The notes under the pieces were generated by a model. That model did no database searches. It was not told where the DNA came from and saw only the letters and a program-made list of their open reading frames with translations. A stretch of 64,000 bases of DNA from Octopus vulgaris (lineage: Eukaryota). The stretch is taken from contig OX597825.1 in assembly GCA_951406725.2 (NCBI GenBank), forward strand, positions 84,630,001-84,694,000, read 5' to 3'. The translations under genes were made by a program, and so were the position numbers. Position 1 is the stretch's first letter. The number at the start of each line of letters is the position of its first letter. This document shows positions 1-14,962 of the stretch, in pieces.

Positions 1-90
1 GTGCCGAGTGTACCCTTATCAGACGGGTAGTCATGATGGGTATACTGGGCTTCGTATATTTTACTACAGTGACACTTTGATGCCATGACC
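1..90 (+). mobile_element. 3' end of a non-coding (AAT)n-tailed retro-repeat (family D)
   Basis: Matches 42100-42178 (+) and, in reverse, 9968-10060 and 40805-40900 (gtacccttatcagacgggtagtcatgatgggtatactgggcttcgtatatttta). Confidence 0.75.
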
Positions 91-409
<319 letters not shown>

Positions 410-726
410 GCACTGTGCTGAATAATATGTGACAATTATTGTATTTTGAACATCAATGGCAATGAGGAAGTCCAACTGCGATTTTTCAATTGAGACGTTT
501 ACACAAAGTTTTTTATTGTGATTTCCCATTGTGAAATAATCTTAATGCTCCTCCATTATTTCCGTTTGAGATATTAGAAAATCAGACAATAATATCATAA
601 TTTCTTTTCATAAAGACTACAAGACAATAGTAACAATATTAATATATCCAAAACGAAGAATGGGGATGAAATTTCATTGGGAATTCGTCTATTGTTTATG
701 CGGATGTCGCGTACTTGTGTGATTGC

Positions 727-777
<51 letters not shown>

Positions 778-801
778 CAAACATACATATATATATATAT
801 A

Positions 802-845
<44 letters not shown>

Positions 846-1015
846 TACATATATATATATATCATACATGTACACATGTGTGTATATATAGATGCATACA
901 CATATATAGATATACATATAAATATCCATATACGTATATGAATATATATATATACATGTATATATATATATATACATACGTATATACATATATATATATA
1001 CATACACACACACAT

Positions 1016-1066
<51 letters not shown>

Positions 1067-1405
1067 GATATATAAACGTGCATACACATGTAAATATGTA
1101 CGCATGCGTATATATATCCATGCTTACCATGTTTACGCTAACGAAAGAAAAATGTGTTTGGTGCAGAAAAAGAAGAGTTCATTGTGATAAAAAAAACAAA
1201 AACATTAGCCATGAAGTTTTTTCAAAGATCTATAGCACATGAGTTGCGTTACCACTTATTCAAAGCATCATTTTATTTCTTATTCCGTTTTTGTAAACAT
1301 GGACTTTTCTTTTCTCGGAAAATGTGGCAACACGACACTAGCTGTAAACAGCTCGAAACAATAACCAATCCGCCTACCTAGTTGACACCATCTTTATCAT
1401 TATTC

Positions 1406-1462
<57 letters not shown>

Positions 1463-1479
1463 CAGTAGTAGTAGTAGTT

Positions 1480-1517
<38 letters not shown>

Positions 1518-1632
1518 TCTTGTTATTGATGTCGCTTTTTGGTGTTGCGTTTGTTAAAAATGTGATCTAGATCGACTTTGCCTTTCGTGTTTTCGGTCTC
1601 GATGAAATAAGAAACGGTAACAGCCCTTACTT

Positions 1633-1697
1633 TTTCAGCACCATCCGGAGTAATCGAGCGACTCCAAGCAGTGCTCTGCCTTTACTGCAGCCCCTAT
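1633..1697 (-). mobile_element. R4/Dong-type LINE C-terminal remnant
   Basis: Minus strand reads ALLGVARLLRMVLK, like the (QK)AALLGTARILRKVL end of RLE LINE ORFs; abuts the (AAT)n tract. Confidence 0.55.
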
Positions 1698-2110
<413 letters not shown>

Positions 2111-2135
2111 GATGTTGTGGTCGTTGTTATCATTG

Positions 2136-2345
2136 TTATACATCACCTGGAAAAGAAATTCCTAACTTTAGAATCCAAATAACCTTAGCGGCCAAGAACC
2201 TTCCTAAGTATCCTGCCTGTCCCTAATAACAGCTGCACTAAGCTAGGTTGCACGCTTCTTTCCTGTGACCATCCGTTCAAATCCTTAGGATAGTTCCTAA
2301 AGCACCTATAACTCCAGGAATCCATTTTACCTGCGCATTTCGTGG
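2136..2345 (-). mobile_element. R4/Dong-type LINE 3' end
   Basis: Minus strand: VKWIPGVIGALGTI..KDLNGW...LLGTGRILRKVLGR* (one frameshift), short 3' UTR, then (AAT)n. Confidence 0.8.
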
Positions 2346-4077
2346 CCTGCTGCTTTGCTCTTCCCTCTTTACCAATCGTTGCATGCGAGTTTGTTTGTAA
2401 ACATTACACATTCACATAGACTACGTGGCTTTTTGCCTTTAAAGTGCAGTGAATATCTCTTTCTTGAGAACTTGGAATTAAATATTTGGATACACTGTCT
2501 CTTCATACGAAAAACACACACACATACACATACATACATATATACATACATACATGCATACATACATAACATACATACGTACATACATACGTACATACAT
2601 AAATATAGAAACACAGAGACACACAGAGACACACAGACACAGACACGCACGCCCAGAAGCACAAACAAACACACACACATCCGGGAAATAAATCTACTAA
2701 TTTGGGCAGGTTGCCGAGGACAACAATTACTTCACTTAATGAAGCAAATTCGCATGACCTGAGGCAGCAATTAACAACCACAACCATCTTACTGTTGTGC
2801 TCATCAGAGCTATACCTGTCTAACTGTCAAGTTTTCACAAATCTCATTATCGTTACATGGTTTAGCAGTTTGTTAATGCCGCCCACACTACGTCAATATG
2901 CCGGCGAAACTAAATACTTGCAATAGCAGAGGAATCCATGTGTGTTCGAGGTTAATAGATGAGAAGCAATCTGTTAGATGTTGTGATCTGAGAACGATCT
3001 GTCCCTAAAGCCTTCTTCTTCCTATTCAATGACAAGAAACCCACTCACTTGTTAAATTGTTGGGAAGGTTTTACGACATGTTGTTTTCAAGTCTTTTTTC
3101 TAAATGAGTATCTATTCATACATATATATACACATATATACTTATACATATATATATATATATAATATGTATATATATATATGTGTGTGTGTGCGCGTAT
3201 GTATGTATGTATATATATTAGGGTGGCCCTTATTTTCCAAGTTTCTAAAAGTTTACCTACCATTCTCTATCTTGTTGCAATTAACACAACTAAAAATAAA
3301 CAATTTATGCAAAATTTTAACAGAAGCTGACAATTGCAAGGCGACCCTCATCGACCGTGAAATTTTAAGTTTTCAACCGAAAAGTCATTTTCTCAGATAA
3401 AAAATTTGTCATCTTATATATAATTATCTCCTAAATTGAAAACTTGTTCAGAGTTATTCTCAGTATTAGAAGGATAAGTGACAACAGATATAATGGAGAA
3501 TGCAACTTGCAAAGCTGGAGACAGAGCGCAGGCACAGGACAAACACCTATTTTCACCGTCATCCACTCGGCAGCCAGCCGTGAGCGAGTGAGGTAGTAAG
3601 TTGCCTTCGTCCAATTGAAAGAATTGTACTGCACCGAATGGTAGCGTAGAGGAATAAACAATATTAAGAAATATACGTTAGTGATAAACAGTGAACAAAT
3701 ACGACTTGTCCGCGTTTGTAAATCTAATTTAATTTATTTGTAGTAACTTGTAAACATTTTGTCGTGGGGGGTTTTATGATATAGATCTTCCCCTGTTATG
3801 TTGGTAGCCCTAACAAAGTTATAATACTATGTTTATAGCTTCTCTGTTTTTATAATGTTATGTGATTTGTGTACTTATTTTGTGACCAAAGGAAAGTGCA
3901 GCCATAGGGATTCAAGAAGTTTACATTTTTGGGGCAAAGGACAAGAATTCTTCCATAGTTGGTGTAGATCAAAAAGTAAAACACAAGGAAGAAAGAGCAG
4001 TGATGCACACTTCAATGGAAACTGTCAGTTTTCTGAGTTACAGACAAAGATTTATATGTCTATACACACACACACAC

Positions 4078-4158
<81 letters not shown>

Positions 4159-4465
4159 CATATACATGTATACATACATATACATATATGAATGTGTATA
4201 TCGTTCTTAAAGCAGATAAATAGATTAAAGCCAAGTAAGCTGTGGTAGACGTCTCGAGATAGTATCCCCCGTGAATGTATAGAATATCGGTTATGGCGTT
4301 GCAAAATGCAAACAAGTGCAGAGTTATGTGCTCAGTTATTGGCAACCCTTGTCAGAAATGGATTGGTATTGAGTTTCTAGTTAAAATTAGCTGACTACGA
4401 AAGTGTTCGTTTGTCATCATAATGTACGTATGCATATACATGTATGTATATATATATATGTATAT

Positions 4466-4568
<103 letters not shown>

Positions 4569-4905
4569 CATCTATGTATGTATGTATGCATGTATGTATG
4601 CATGCATTTTTGTATGTATGTATGCATGGATGTTTGTATGTATATATGTATGTATGCGTGTATGTATGTATATATATATATATATGCATGTATGTGTGTA
4701 TGTATGTATGTATGTATGTATGTATGTATGTATGTATGTATGTATGTATGTATGTATGTATGTATGTATGCATGTGTGTATGTATACATGCATGCACGTA
4801 TGTATGTATGCATGTATGTATATATGTATGTATGTATGTATGTATATATGTATGTATGTATACATGTATGTATGTATATATGTATGCGTGTATGTATGTA
4901 TGGGT

Positions 4906-5228
4906 GGAGGCGCAATGGCCCAGTGGTTAGGGCAGCGGACTCGCGGTCGTAGGATCGCGGTTTCGATTCCCAGACCGGGCGTTGTGAGTGTTTATCGAGC
5001 GAAAACACCTAAAGCTCCACGAGGCTCCGGCACGGATGTTGGTGATCCCTGCTGTACTCTTTCACCACAACTTTCTCTCCCTCTTACTTCCTGTTTCTGT
5101 TGTACCTGTATTTCAAAGGGTACACGTGTCTGTGGAGTGTCCAGCCACTTACACGTTCATTTCACGAGCAGGCTGTTCCGTTGATCGGATCAAACGGAAC
5201 CCTCGTCGTCGTAACCGACGGAGTGCTT
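4906..5228 (+). mobile_element. tRNA-derived SINE (family C)
   Basis: Head with A box TGGCCCAGTGG and B box GTTTCGATTCC; 3' tail shared with 36978-37080 (-). Confidence 0.85.
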
Positions 5229-5553
5229 CCAAAAAATGTATGTATGGATATATAAGTATCTTTGTTGACATTGTATTATAACATAACAAAGGACGAAAAG
5301 TATTGTAATTGAATAGATTTTTCATGAAACCGATTTCTTTAAGACAAACAATATTTACAATATATTAACGAGATCTGAATTCAGAAGAGTTTGCTTAATT
5401 GTAAGACGATATCTAATATCATTTGTCCAGGCATTATAAACCGATATTCTCATTTCGTATTCATGACCCATTATATTCTGTGCACCCCCAACTCCAATAC
5501 CCCACTCCCATTTACCCACTCCACAATCCCACCCCATCCCCACTCCTACATGC

Positions 5554-5609
<56 letters not shown>

Positions 5610-5696
5610 GTATGTATATATTCATATGCATATATATATAAATATATATATACGTATATGAATATATATATGTATATATAATATGTTTGTGTGTGG

Positions 5697-5731
<35 letters not shown>

Positions 5732-5754
5732 CACATACATATAAATCCTTAAAA

Positions 5755-6110
5755 ATTGTTTTATCCCGAAGGCCGCGGCCATGCTGGGGCACCACCGCTG
5801 AATGAGCTACACTAGTTTGTGAATCCACCTCTGATACGTGGCACTTGATCAACAAGGGAGTTCGATGCTGCTGCCCGCATCCGTGTCTCCTGTCGTGAGG
5901 TAGGTTCATCTGGGACTCCCAACAAGAAGAGATCCAGTTTAGTTTTAAAGAAACCCACATCCACACCATGTAAGTCTCTCAGGCATTTAGGGAGGATGTT
6001 AAAGAGCTGTGGTCCTCTGAAACCCAAGCTGTTGCAGTATCTGGACCTGTATTTTGATGGTGATGTTGGAATCCTTGGCACCACGCAGCGGCGCCCCGTT
6101 CTGCGGTTGG
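5755..6110 (-). mobile_element. CR1-clade LINE 3' end (ORF2 C-terminus + 3' UTR)
   Basis: RGPQLFNILPKCLRDLHGVDVGFFKTKLDLFLLGVPDEP, typical of the CR1-type ORF2 end; tail ggtgccccagcatggccgc. Confidence 0.8.
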
Positions 6111-6150
6111 AGTAACTTTGAACTATCTGGAGTAACTATCTATCTATCTA

Positions 6151-6214
<64 letters not shown>

Positions 6215-6637
6215 TATATGTATGTATATATTATATGTTTGTGTGTGTATGTATATATATACAAATACATACCTACATACATAGTTAATTATGAATGTGT
6301 AGCTTTTCAGCATATGTTGTTTATTTCTCTGTGTCACTGTTTTTAGAACCAATTTCCACAGTGTCTATCTAACATACCCGTATTTGTCTTTTCAGTATAT
6401 ACATATTTTTTATTTCTACGTGTTTTTTTATTAATATATATATATATTTGTATTTCTTATTCACAGAGTTTGCGCTTCAGTGTCTCATTGTTTCAATCTT
6501 ATTATCGATAGGTGTATCAACTTATGGTTGAGTATTAAAATGATCAGCGGAGCAGATCAATGAATAGATTAGTGGATGATTGGCTGCGTTGTAATACATG
6601 AGATTAATACAAAGACACACAGACACACATACACACA

Positions 6638-6764
<127 letters not shown>

Positions 6765-7094
6765 CATATATTATTTGCAAACTGTAAAGAATATCCCATG
6801 AGTATGGTCCAGACAAAATTAACATCAATTTTGCAATTCATTAAATGCTAGATTCCAAAAATTGCTCTAAGATCCTATCCCGTTCAAGCGATATCTGGAA
6901 AGGTTCCCCAAGGCTTATTAGAAAAAAAAAGCTACGTGTGGATATCTCTCATTTAACAAGTAGATTCTATTATAACTAAACTTAACTAAAAAATAGCTCA
7001 TCAGGAGCTATCAAGTCGTGATATTTAGATACATCCTGAGAGAATACTGACCGACGCATGCCTAAGATTATGTATATATATATAATTGTGTATA

Positions 7095-7355
7095 TATAAA
7101 ACTTAGATAAGAGTTAAATACGTTTCGACCAGAGATTGGTCCAGGTCATTTCTAACTTAGTAGCACCACCTGACAGGATTATCTAAACCCATTTTAAGTC
7201 AGGTTTTGTGGCATTATGGTCCATTCACGTTGTGAGTTCTTCTTCAGTGATTTATATCCAGATATGGGTGGCTTACCTGGTATTCCTTGAAGAAATCTAT
7301 ACAGACTCCGTTTAAAGGTAATGGGATCCGTTTCCGCTTTGATCAGTTTGGGACA
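7095..7355 (-). mobile_element. second CR1-clade LINE 3' end
   Basis: CPKLIKAETDPITFKRSLYRFLQGIPGKPPISGY (FK..LD.FL..IPD.P-like motif), followed by a 3' UTR with a gacca/tggtc stem-loop. Confidence 0.65.
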
Positions 7356-7402
<47 letters not shown>

Positions 7403-8449
7403 GAAAATGACTTACTTTCAGGCATGCATGAATGTCAGAAAATTGCTTTCGGATTTGTGGAATTTTTCTTTTTCTTTTCAATTTTACTTTAAAAGACAAT
7501 ATTAAAAAAGGCCATACGTTTTAAATTTTGTTTGTGTTTCAATGATAAATACAATCTTCCAAAAGTCTGTATATAGCGGTGCTCCAGCATGGCCACTGCC
7601 AACTTACTGAAACAAATAAAAGAATAATAGCTGACAGACATACAGATACACGCACCCTCATAATTACCCCCCACACACACACACACACACATACGAACAT
7701 ACATATACGAACACTCATATACGTGTGCATATGTACACATATGTGTGTGTGTTTGAAGCTGAAGCTACAGTAATTTTGACTGAGTTTATTTTTATCGAAT
7801 CTGCATCAGTAACAGAAATCGTATACATGAAATAAAACAGCTGAATCTGAGATACAGGTTATCAACATAAAAGCATAGGATTTGGCCGTAGCAGTATTAC
7901 CGAAGCATGTCAAACATTTCTGTGGCCAAGATATTCTGAAATATTGCGATAAATGTCGATTTATGACGAAGATAACAAAGGTTATAATGGCTAGGAAAAG
8001 CAGACATTTTTAATGTATAGGAAGGATATAACAATACGAATTGTCCTGCGGTCACTGGAACAAGATATGTGATCTTTTCAACTTGGAAATATTCATTTCA
8101 TTTGAAGAACGAAAATAATTAATTGATTTCAAAATAATTTAATTAGTTCAACTTAACATTTCGATATATATATATTCCGTCAATAAATCAACTCCATATT
8201 ATAGTAGAGCTTTGCAAACAGGAGATATTATGAATAAGATTAACCCCATAAAAATATTAATCTTCAGATACAGTAAAATAAAACCTGTAAAATTGTTTGT
8301 TCTAAGGTTCCTTTCAATGGAAGTTTGAATAAACATTTCTTTTACGTAAATATTTTCCGATATATCATAACTTTTAATAAGATCTTTTCATAATTAAGAA
8401 TAACGTTAAGTTTTATTTGTCCTCAATTCTGTTTCCTACAGAAATAACG

Positions 8450-8642
8450 AATATTGGTTTCAACGGCAGCAATATCGGGCATAAGTTGATTTCATTGCCC
8501 CAGTTGTTCAAGTGGTACCTAATTCATCGACCCTAAAAGCATGAAAAGCAAAGTTGACCTCGGCCGAATTTGAAATCAGAACACAAAGACGGATGAAATG
8601 GCAAGCATTTTGTTCGGCGCATTCTGTCAAATCGTCGCCTTT
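8450..8642 (-). mobile_element. tRNA-derived SINE (family A, Meta-domain-like)
   Basis: Reverse of gaggtcgactttgcctttcatcctttcggggtcgat-type central domain plus tRNA-like head. Confidence 0.75.
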
Positions 8643-9076
8643 TATGAATAGCTAATATTAATATTTAAAATCTTAATCGTCTATCAGCATTTATTCTTCC
8701 TGGTGGTATAATTGTTTTACTATTATTAATTTGCAATGGAAAAATTCGTGTCTTTGAAAAACATCCATAGTTAATAATCTATGTTCTATCATGCTGACAG
8801 CAAAACATTTTAAGACTCGATAAGATCAGCACCCACACACGTTTAAGCACCCAAAAAAATCTTTCAGCATACGTTTATTTAAGTCTTTTTAATTTTTAAA
8901 ACATAAAGGATACAAGAAACTATTCCATATTTTCGAAGGTAGAAGATGCCAAGCCTTATAATCATGTTGATTGTGGGTGTAACTAATGCATTGAATGAAA
9001 ATCAATAGATTACCGTAGACAGGTTTGTTCCATTAATGCAATACTTTATTGAAATATTTTATATTAGCTGACGGTA

Positions 9077-9670
9077 AGGCAGCGAGGTAGCAGAGTCGGT
9101 AGCACGTCGGACGAAATGGTTAGCGGTATTTTGTCTATTTTTTTATTCTTTTACTTGTTTCTGTCAGTTAACTGCGGCCATACTGGAGTACCGAATTTTA
9201 GTGTAACAATGGACCCGAGGATTTATTCTTTGCAAAACTAGTATGTATTGTATCAGTTTCTTTTGCCGAACCGCTAATTCACAGGGATATAAAAAGGCCA
9301 ACATCAGTTGTCAAGCGATAGTGGGAGAACAAACATAGACACAGAAACATACACACACATATGGGCTTCTTTCAGTTTCCGTTTACCAAATCCACTCACA
9401 AGGCTTTGGTCAGCCCTATGCTACAGTAAAAGACGCCCAAAGTGTCACGCAGTGTAACTGAACCCGGAACCATGTGGCTGGGAAGCAAACTTCTTACCAC
9501 ACAACCACGCCAGCGCCTATCTTAACTTTCTGAGTTCAAATTTCGTTGCGGTCGAATTTTCCTTCCATCCCTTTCAGGGTCGATATAATATGCACCACTC
9601 GAGCACTGCGGTCGATGTAATCGACGAGCCTTTCTCAAAATTGCTGGCTTTGTACCAAAATTTGAAACCA
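9077..9670 (+). mobile_element. family A SINE interrupted by a family B SINE, with 14-bp TSD
   Basis: Head 9077-9140, body resumes at ~9521; atattagctgacgg at 9061-9074 and 9671-9684. Confidence 0.85.
9143..9520 (-). mobile_element. tRNA-derived CORE-like SINE (family B)
   Basis: Reverse copy of the element at 17683-18070 and 60543-60922. Confidence 0.85.
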
Positions 9671-9915
9671 ATATTAGCTGACGGATGAACGCCGGTCATT
9701 CTCGCACCATAACACATGCACCAAACAAAGTAAAGTATTTCTATTCTTTTGTATTTGCACTTTATATTCAAAAGGTCTTGTCGTCATGAAAAGAAAAGTT
9801 TTTGGCATGTTTCGAAATTGCATCAAGCTGAAGTCGGACAAAATTCAATAAAACTGTTTCGCAGTCAGGCCATATGCAAACTATTTTTATGGTTAATGAG
9901 CACAGTATATACAAC

Positions 9916-9967
<52 letters not shown>

Positions 9968-10120
9968 GAGTGAGAGAGCAGTGCATGCCATTAAAGTGAC
10001 ACTGGGGTAAAATATACGAAGCCCCGTATACCCATCATGACTACCCGTTGTGATGCACCAGGCACATGCATCATGACAATATGTGCACGACATGGTGCTC
10101 TCATATCAAGGTAAACAGCA
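9968..10120 (-). mobile_element. family D repeat 3' part with (AAT)n tail
   Basis: Matches 40805-40960; tail is the (TTA)n at 9916-9967. Confidence 0.8.
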
Positions 10121-10129
10121 CTGTATGTT

Positions 10130-10400
10130 TAAAATCCCCAAGTATTTGTAATGTTCGTTTTCCATTATTCCCAGAGAATTGTGTTCATACCATTGTTCGG
10201 TTCTCTCGAGGTTTGCTTTACAGCACAACATCCAGTTGATATATCTGGCCATATCGTCGTGTCTACTTTTGTACTCGCGTTGTGCGAGCTTACAACATGC
10301 ACTAACAATGTGGCTTATACTTTCTAACTTCTCAGAGCAAATCCTACACAGTGGCGAGTCATTGCTTTTATCAATGTGATATTTGGAGTAGGTTAGATTT
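10130..10400 (-). mobile_element. R4/Dong-type LINE fragment (CCHC zinc-knuckle region)
   Basis: YHIDKSNDSPLCRICSEKLESISHIVSACCKLAQREYKSRHDDMARYINW...WYEH; not present in the supplied ORF track. Confidence 0.88.
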
Positions 10401-10739
10401 TGGAGTTTCCGCGTTGAAGCGTTATGATTGGTTATCTCCAGCTGAAATAGAAAGCATTAAGAGACGGGTGGACGAAAGGATTAGGAAGAGACTGAAGATA
10501 GTGAAACAATGGCAGTAGAGTTAAAGGAAGAAAACTACGGAATCAATGAAACATGATTCCTCCATTGTCTGAGAACAAGTAAAACGTGAAACACAGAGTT
10601 GTAAGTTGTGCAATTCCTAACTTCTCGACTATTGCATTGTATTGAAATATTCCTCTCTGGATACATGTGCATTCACGTACATAAATACATATGCGTGTTT
10701 GTCTGATTGTGAGTATATATAAACACATACATATACATA

Positions 10740-10774
<35 letters not shown>

Positions 10775-10779
10775 ATCTA

Positions 10780-10859
<80 letters not shown>

Positions 10860-11749
10860 GCATATATAATGTACTGAGACAGAGAGACAGATGCCTACAA
10901 ATATACTTGTATACGTATTTGAAGGTGTGTGTATATGTATATATCTATATCTATATCTATATCTATATCTATATCTATATCTATCTATCTATCTATATAT
11001 ATATATACATATATGTGAACGTATGTGTTTAGCCATATGCGTATGTACGTATGTGTGTGTGTCTATATATGTGTGTGAATGAACAGAGTAAAGATATACA
11101 TGCGATCAATATACAACCCCAGGGATAGGAATTGTTAAGCATGAACATAATGAATACGAAATCAATAGCACTCAAATGGAGGAGAAACCAGACCAGCGCT
11201 GGCGGGGTGGAAGGGTGAGGATGGAGTGGTGTTGAACAATTAAAAAAAAATATCTCAAGAAGAAGATGGCGGCAGAGAAAGTTTGTTGTGTAGGTTTGTG
11301 AGGCCAATCCATTATTGGTGTTTGATTTGTTTCGGTAAAATATCATTGATAGGAAATTTATTGAACATCCGGATGTCATTCAAATCACATTCCTGAAGCA
11401 TAAAACACACGTACTTTTATAAACGTACACTCAGGGATGTGTATATATACACGTTGTTCTGAAATGAATTATGTAATTTTTCTCAGAGACCTGGAATACA
11501 TCTCCAAATACCATTGTTCTCAATAAATACGCTATGCATTATTCCACATTCTAACGCGCACACACACAAATTGTATATAACCATACATATCCTTAAGTTA
11601 TCAAAAATATATCTAAATGTCCTTCCATAAACACACACCCACACACCCACACATATATACATGTATACATTTCTTTTATATATCCTTTTATATAAACATA
11701 TATATATATTTATATATATTCTTTAATATAGACATATATACATACATAG

Positions 11750-11826
<77 letters not shown>

Positions 11827-12238
11827 TGCCTGTGTCTAATTCTGGACAATGATGAAGATCTTTAAAATATTTTGATACAATATAGTGTAGGAAAATATAT
11901 GTATTTGTTCAACGAAAGCAAGATGAAAACCAGTTACTAAATTCCATCAAATCAAGTAGGTCTGTAACGTGAGGAAACGTCTTCTCGTGTTACGAAAAAT
12001 TTCTTCTACTTTGTTTTTACTAAGTACTTCATCTTCTGAAACATCCGGTTTCATCTGCCCATACAATTCACTGACACATTCTGCGCCCAATGCTTTTATT
12101 TTTCTAAGATAGCTCTATCTCTCCTAAGTTCTGTATGGTAGAGGAGACGAGACGAGACAGCCACATGATCACCTCATATATTGTTACATAATTTGGGGTT
12201 TCTTTCTTGATAACATTCCATATGTATACATACACACT

Positions 12239-12276
<38 letters not shown>

Positions 12277-13052
12277 CACTTAAATCTTTATGCATGTATA
12301 CAGGCGATGAGGATTACACTTCACGTGAAATGTAAGATCACAATACGAAAAGCTCGACCGGCGCTCAAATCGTCTTTATGACTAGACATTATATGAAGAC
12401 ATTTTAAACCGCGTATCTGATACCATTTCTTTTTCTTTCTATTGCCAGCTGTGATATATAAACACAACAGACACTCACACACAAACACACGCGCAGACCT
12501 AGAGAGTGGGGAACAGACAATCATTAATATATGGAGAGCCAAACAGCTTTTCTTTTTCCTATGTTTTATGCACGTAGCATGTTGGCTGACTTCGCAACGT
12601 AATGGAGAGCAAACTCTTTACTGAAATATTGAAATAAATTATGTCGTTTCCCTTGACATTCAGTTCCATTTAAAGAAAATAAAACAGATTTGATGGCAAG
12701 CACCATATGTATGTGTGTATGCGTTATATGTGTACGTATGTATCTATGGATTTATGTATGTATATATATGTATGTAGATGTACGTATGTATGTGTCTATG
12801 TATGTATATGTATAATGTACATATATGTATATATAGATATGCATAATATATATAAGTATATATAATCATATATATATATATATATATATATATACGTCTG
12901 TGTGTGTGTATGATATATATATATATATATATATTATGTATCTACCATACTTTTATGTAAACTCACAATATAAAGCGATAATAAATATACTATAACTACA
13001 TGTAACACACACACAACCACACGCTCACACACACACACACAAACATATACAT

Positions 13053-13087
<35 letters not shown>

Positions 13088-14112
13088 GCTACTGGTCGCT
13101 GTGTGTATGTATGAATGTCTGCTTTTTATATGAATACAGATACGTACACTCATATGGATAGCATAGGAGTGTAAATATATATATATATATATATATATAC
13201 GTGTGTGCTTATGCCTGTGTGTGTGTATTTATGGCAGTTAAAGATATCAAAAACTATTCACAAATCCTCCACAATCGACATAACTCGTGAAGCGAAAAGT
13301 CTGAATATTAAATCGTGACCTTTTTGTAGCAGTTGGAAAGGATACTATTATACAATAAATGCCATCCCAGGATCTCTCTCCCGCTGTCCTTCCTTCCTTC
13401 CTTCCTTCCTTCTCTCTCTCTCTCTCTCTCTCTTTGTCTCTATCCTTCCCACACAAACACATACATTCATCTCCTCGTGATTAATAGCAACGTATCAAAC
13501 ATAATATCAGCAATGAAACCGTCACAGCCTCAAAGTTTTTATTATTCTATATTTTTCCATTTATATTATCTTTCCTTTACAATAGCAACATGGCGTATAT
13601 TAGAAAGATAGAAGAATTAGTGAGAGTGAAGGTGGGAGTTAACAGGATAGAGGAGGGCCATCACATGTAACGAGTGAGAAGCTGTTACGTCCATAGTAAT
13701 CTCTCACATCACCACCCAGGGTATTTTCTCAGCCAGTTGTAGAGTATTGGCATTGGAAAATGACTTGGGTGTATTGATTGATTAGTTTCATTGATTAAAT
13801 TTCTATTCCTGTGATTCCTAGAGAGTCGCTGAAGTATCATTTTGGTAATATTCATGAAGTACGAACTGCGAAGAACTATAACGCGAAATACATGCTTCCG
13901 GTAAATTCTGACTTCAAGCGATTCCGATTCTAGAAAGATGCGCATTCATTTATGATCCTAAGGGCCTTCGGAAAACATAAAATACCTTTAGATTTTCATA
14001 TTTGATTTTTATCTGGTTGAAATAAACCATTAATATAGATCTCTATTTTTACTCGCTAAGTTCATCGACAGTGTCCTATCTGTCATTGATTGTTTTGTTG
14101 CCCTTAAATATA

Positions 14113-14325
14113 CTTTTCTACACTAGGCACAATACCCGAAAGTTTTGGGGAGGGTGCAAGTCGATTCAATTGGCCCCAGTACGCAGCTGGTACTTAATTT
14201 ATCGTCCCTGGAAAGGATGAAAGGCAAAGTCGACCTCGGCGGGATTGAAACTCAGAACGTAACGGCAGACGAAATACTGCCGAGCATTTTGTCCGGCGTG
14301 CTAGCGTCTCTGCCAGCCCGCCACC
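14113..14325 (-). mobile_element. family A SINE
   Basis: ggaaaggatgaaaggcaaagtcgacctcggcgggattgaaactcagaacg...; near full-length. Confidence 0.85.
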
Positions 14326-14519
14326 TAAATATATTACCAGCAAAGTATGGATGTTAATTAAATGTTGCCTACCCTGATGTTAGAAATAAATTATACATTT
14401 TCATATCTCATCCCAAAATACTCGTCCAAAGCTAGAAGCTGACACGGAGCATAACGACTATAACAACAACTGTCCCCTCTAGAAGACCAACAATAAAGAA
14501 CAATGAAATACCAGTAATA

Positions 14520-14962
14520 TATTGGCGCTGCTTCAACGTAGTTTACTTGTGTCAGGTGTTTTGCAAACAACTTGAACATGCAAGCGCTACCAGTCGAGGA
14601 CTCTGCATACCAGAAGTTAGCAAGTGTATGGGGGACATCAAGAGAGAATGCGCGCCGTTTCGGGGCCTACCTGTCGACGGCATCAATGCACACCGGCCCC
14701 CCTCACTAATATGAGGCCTCGCTTGCTTGACCAACTGGTTATTAAATACAGCTCAATATACTTCTAGGCGTCGCTCATCATCTCTTTTTAACCAAATCCA
14801 GTGGTTAGCCTTTTCCACTGTAGTTTGGATATCAGTCATGGTGGTATTTACTTTACGATCAGTTGGGCCTAACGATAACAACAGTCGCCTCATACTCTGT
14901 CCAACAAACCCTCTACATCCGACTTCGATTGGAAATTGCTCCGCTTTCCAGCTTGCGTCTTC
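14520..14962 (-). mobile_element. Hero-type (RLE) LINE 3' end
   Basis: 14962-14753 reads EDASWKAEQFPIEVGCRGFVGQSMRRLL...VEKANHWIWLKRDDERRLEVY*; PVEVGCRGF and W.WLKR are characteristic of Hero elements. A GC-richer 3' UTR follows. Confidence 0.82.

Noticed and set aside
2745-2812. Minus-strand CTGATGA-GCACAAC/GTTGTG hairpin
   Set aside because: No GAAA or stem III follows the stem.
3218-3800. Possible DNA-transposon end (tagggtggccc)
   Set aside because: No matching second terminus or coding remnant found.
4906-4980. tRNA gene
   Set aside because: A and B boxes are present, but there is no proper acceptor stem and it continues into a SINE body.
6930-7010. Minus-strand CTGATGA-GCTA...TAGC
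   Set aside because: GAAA and the 3' half are absent; cannot be supported.
10410-10520. Plus-strand LKRYDWLSPAEIESIKRRV, resembling an R4/Dong N-terminal region
   Set aside because: Too short to call without a database search.
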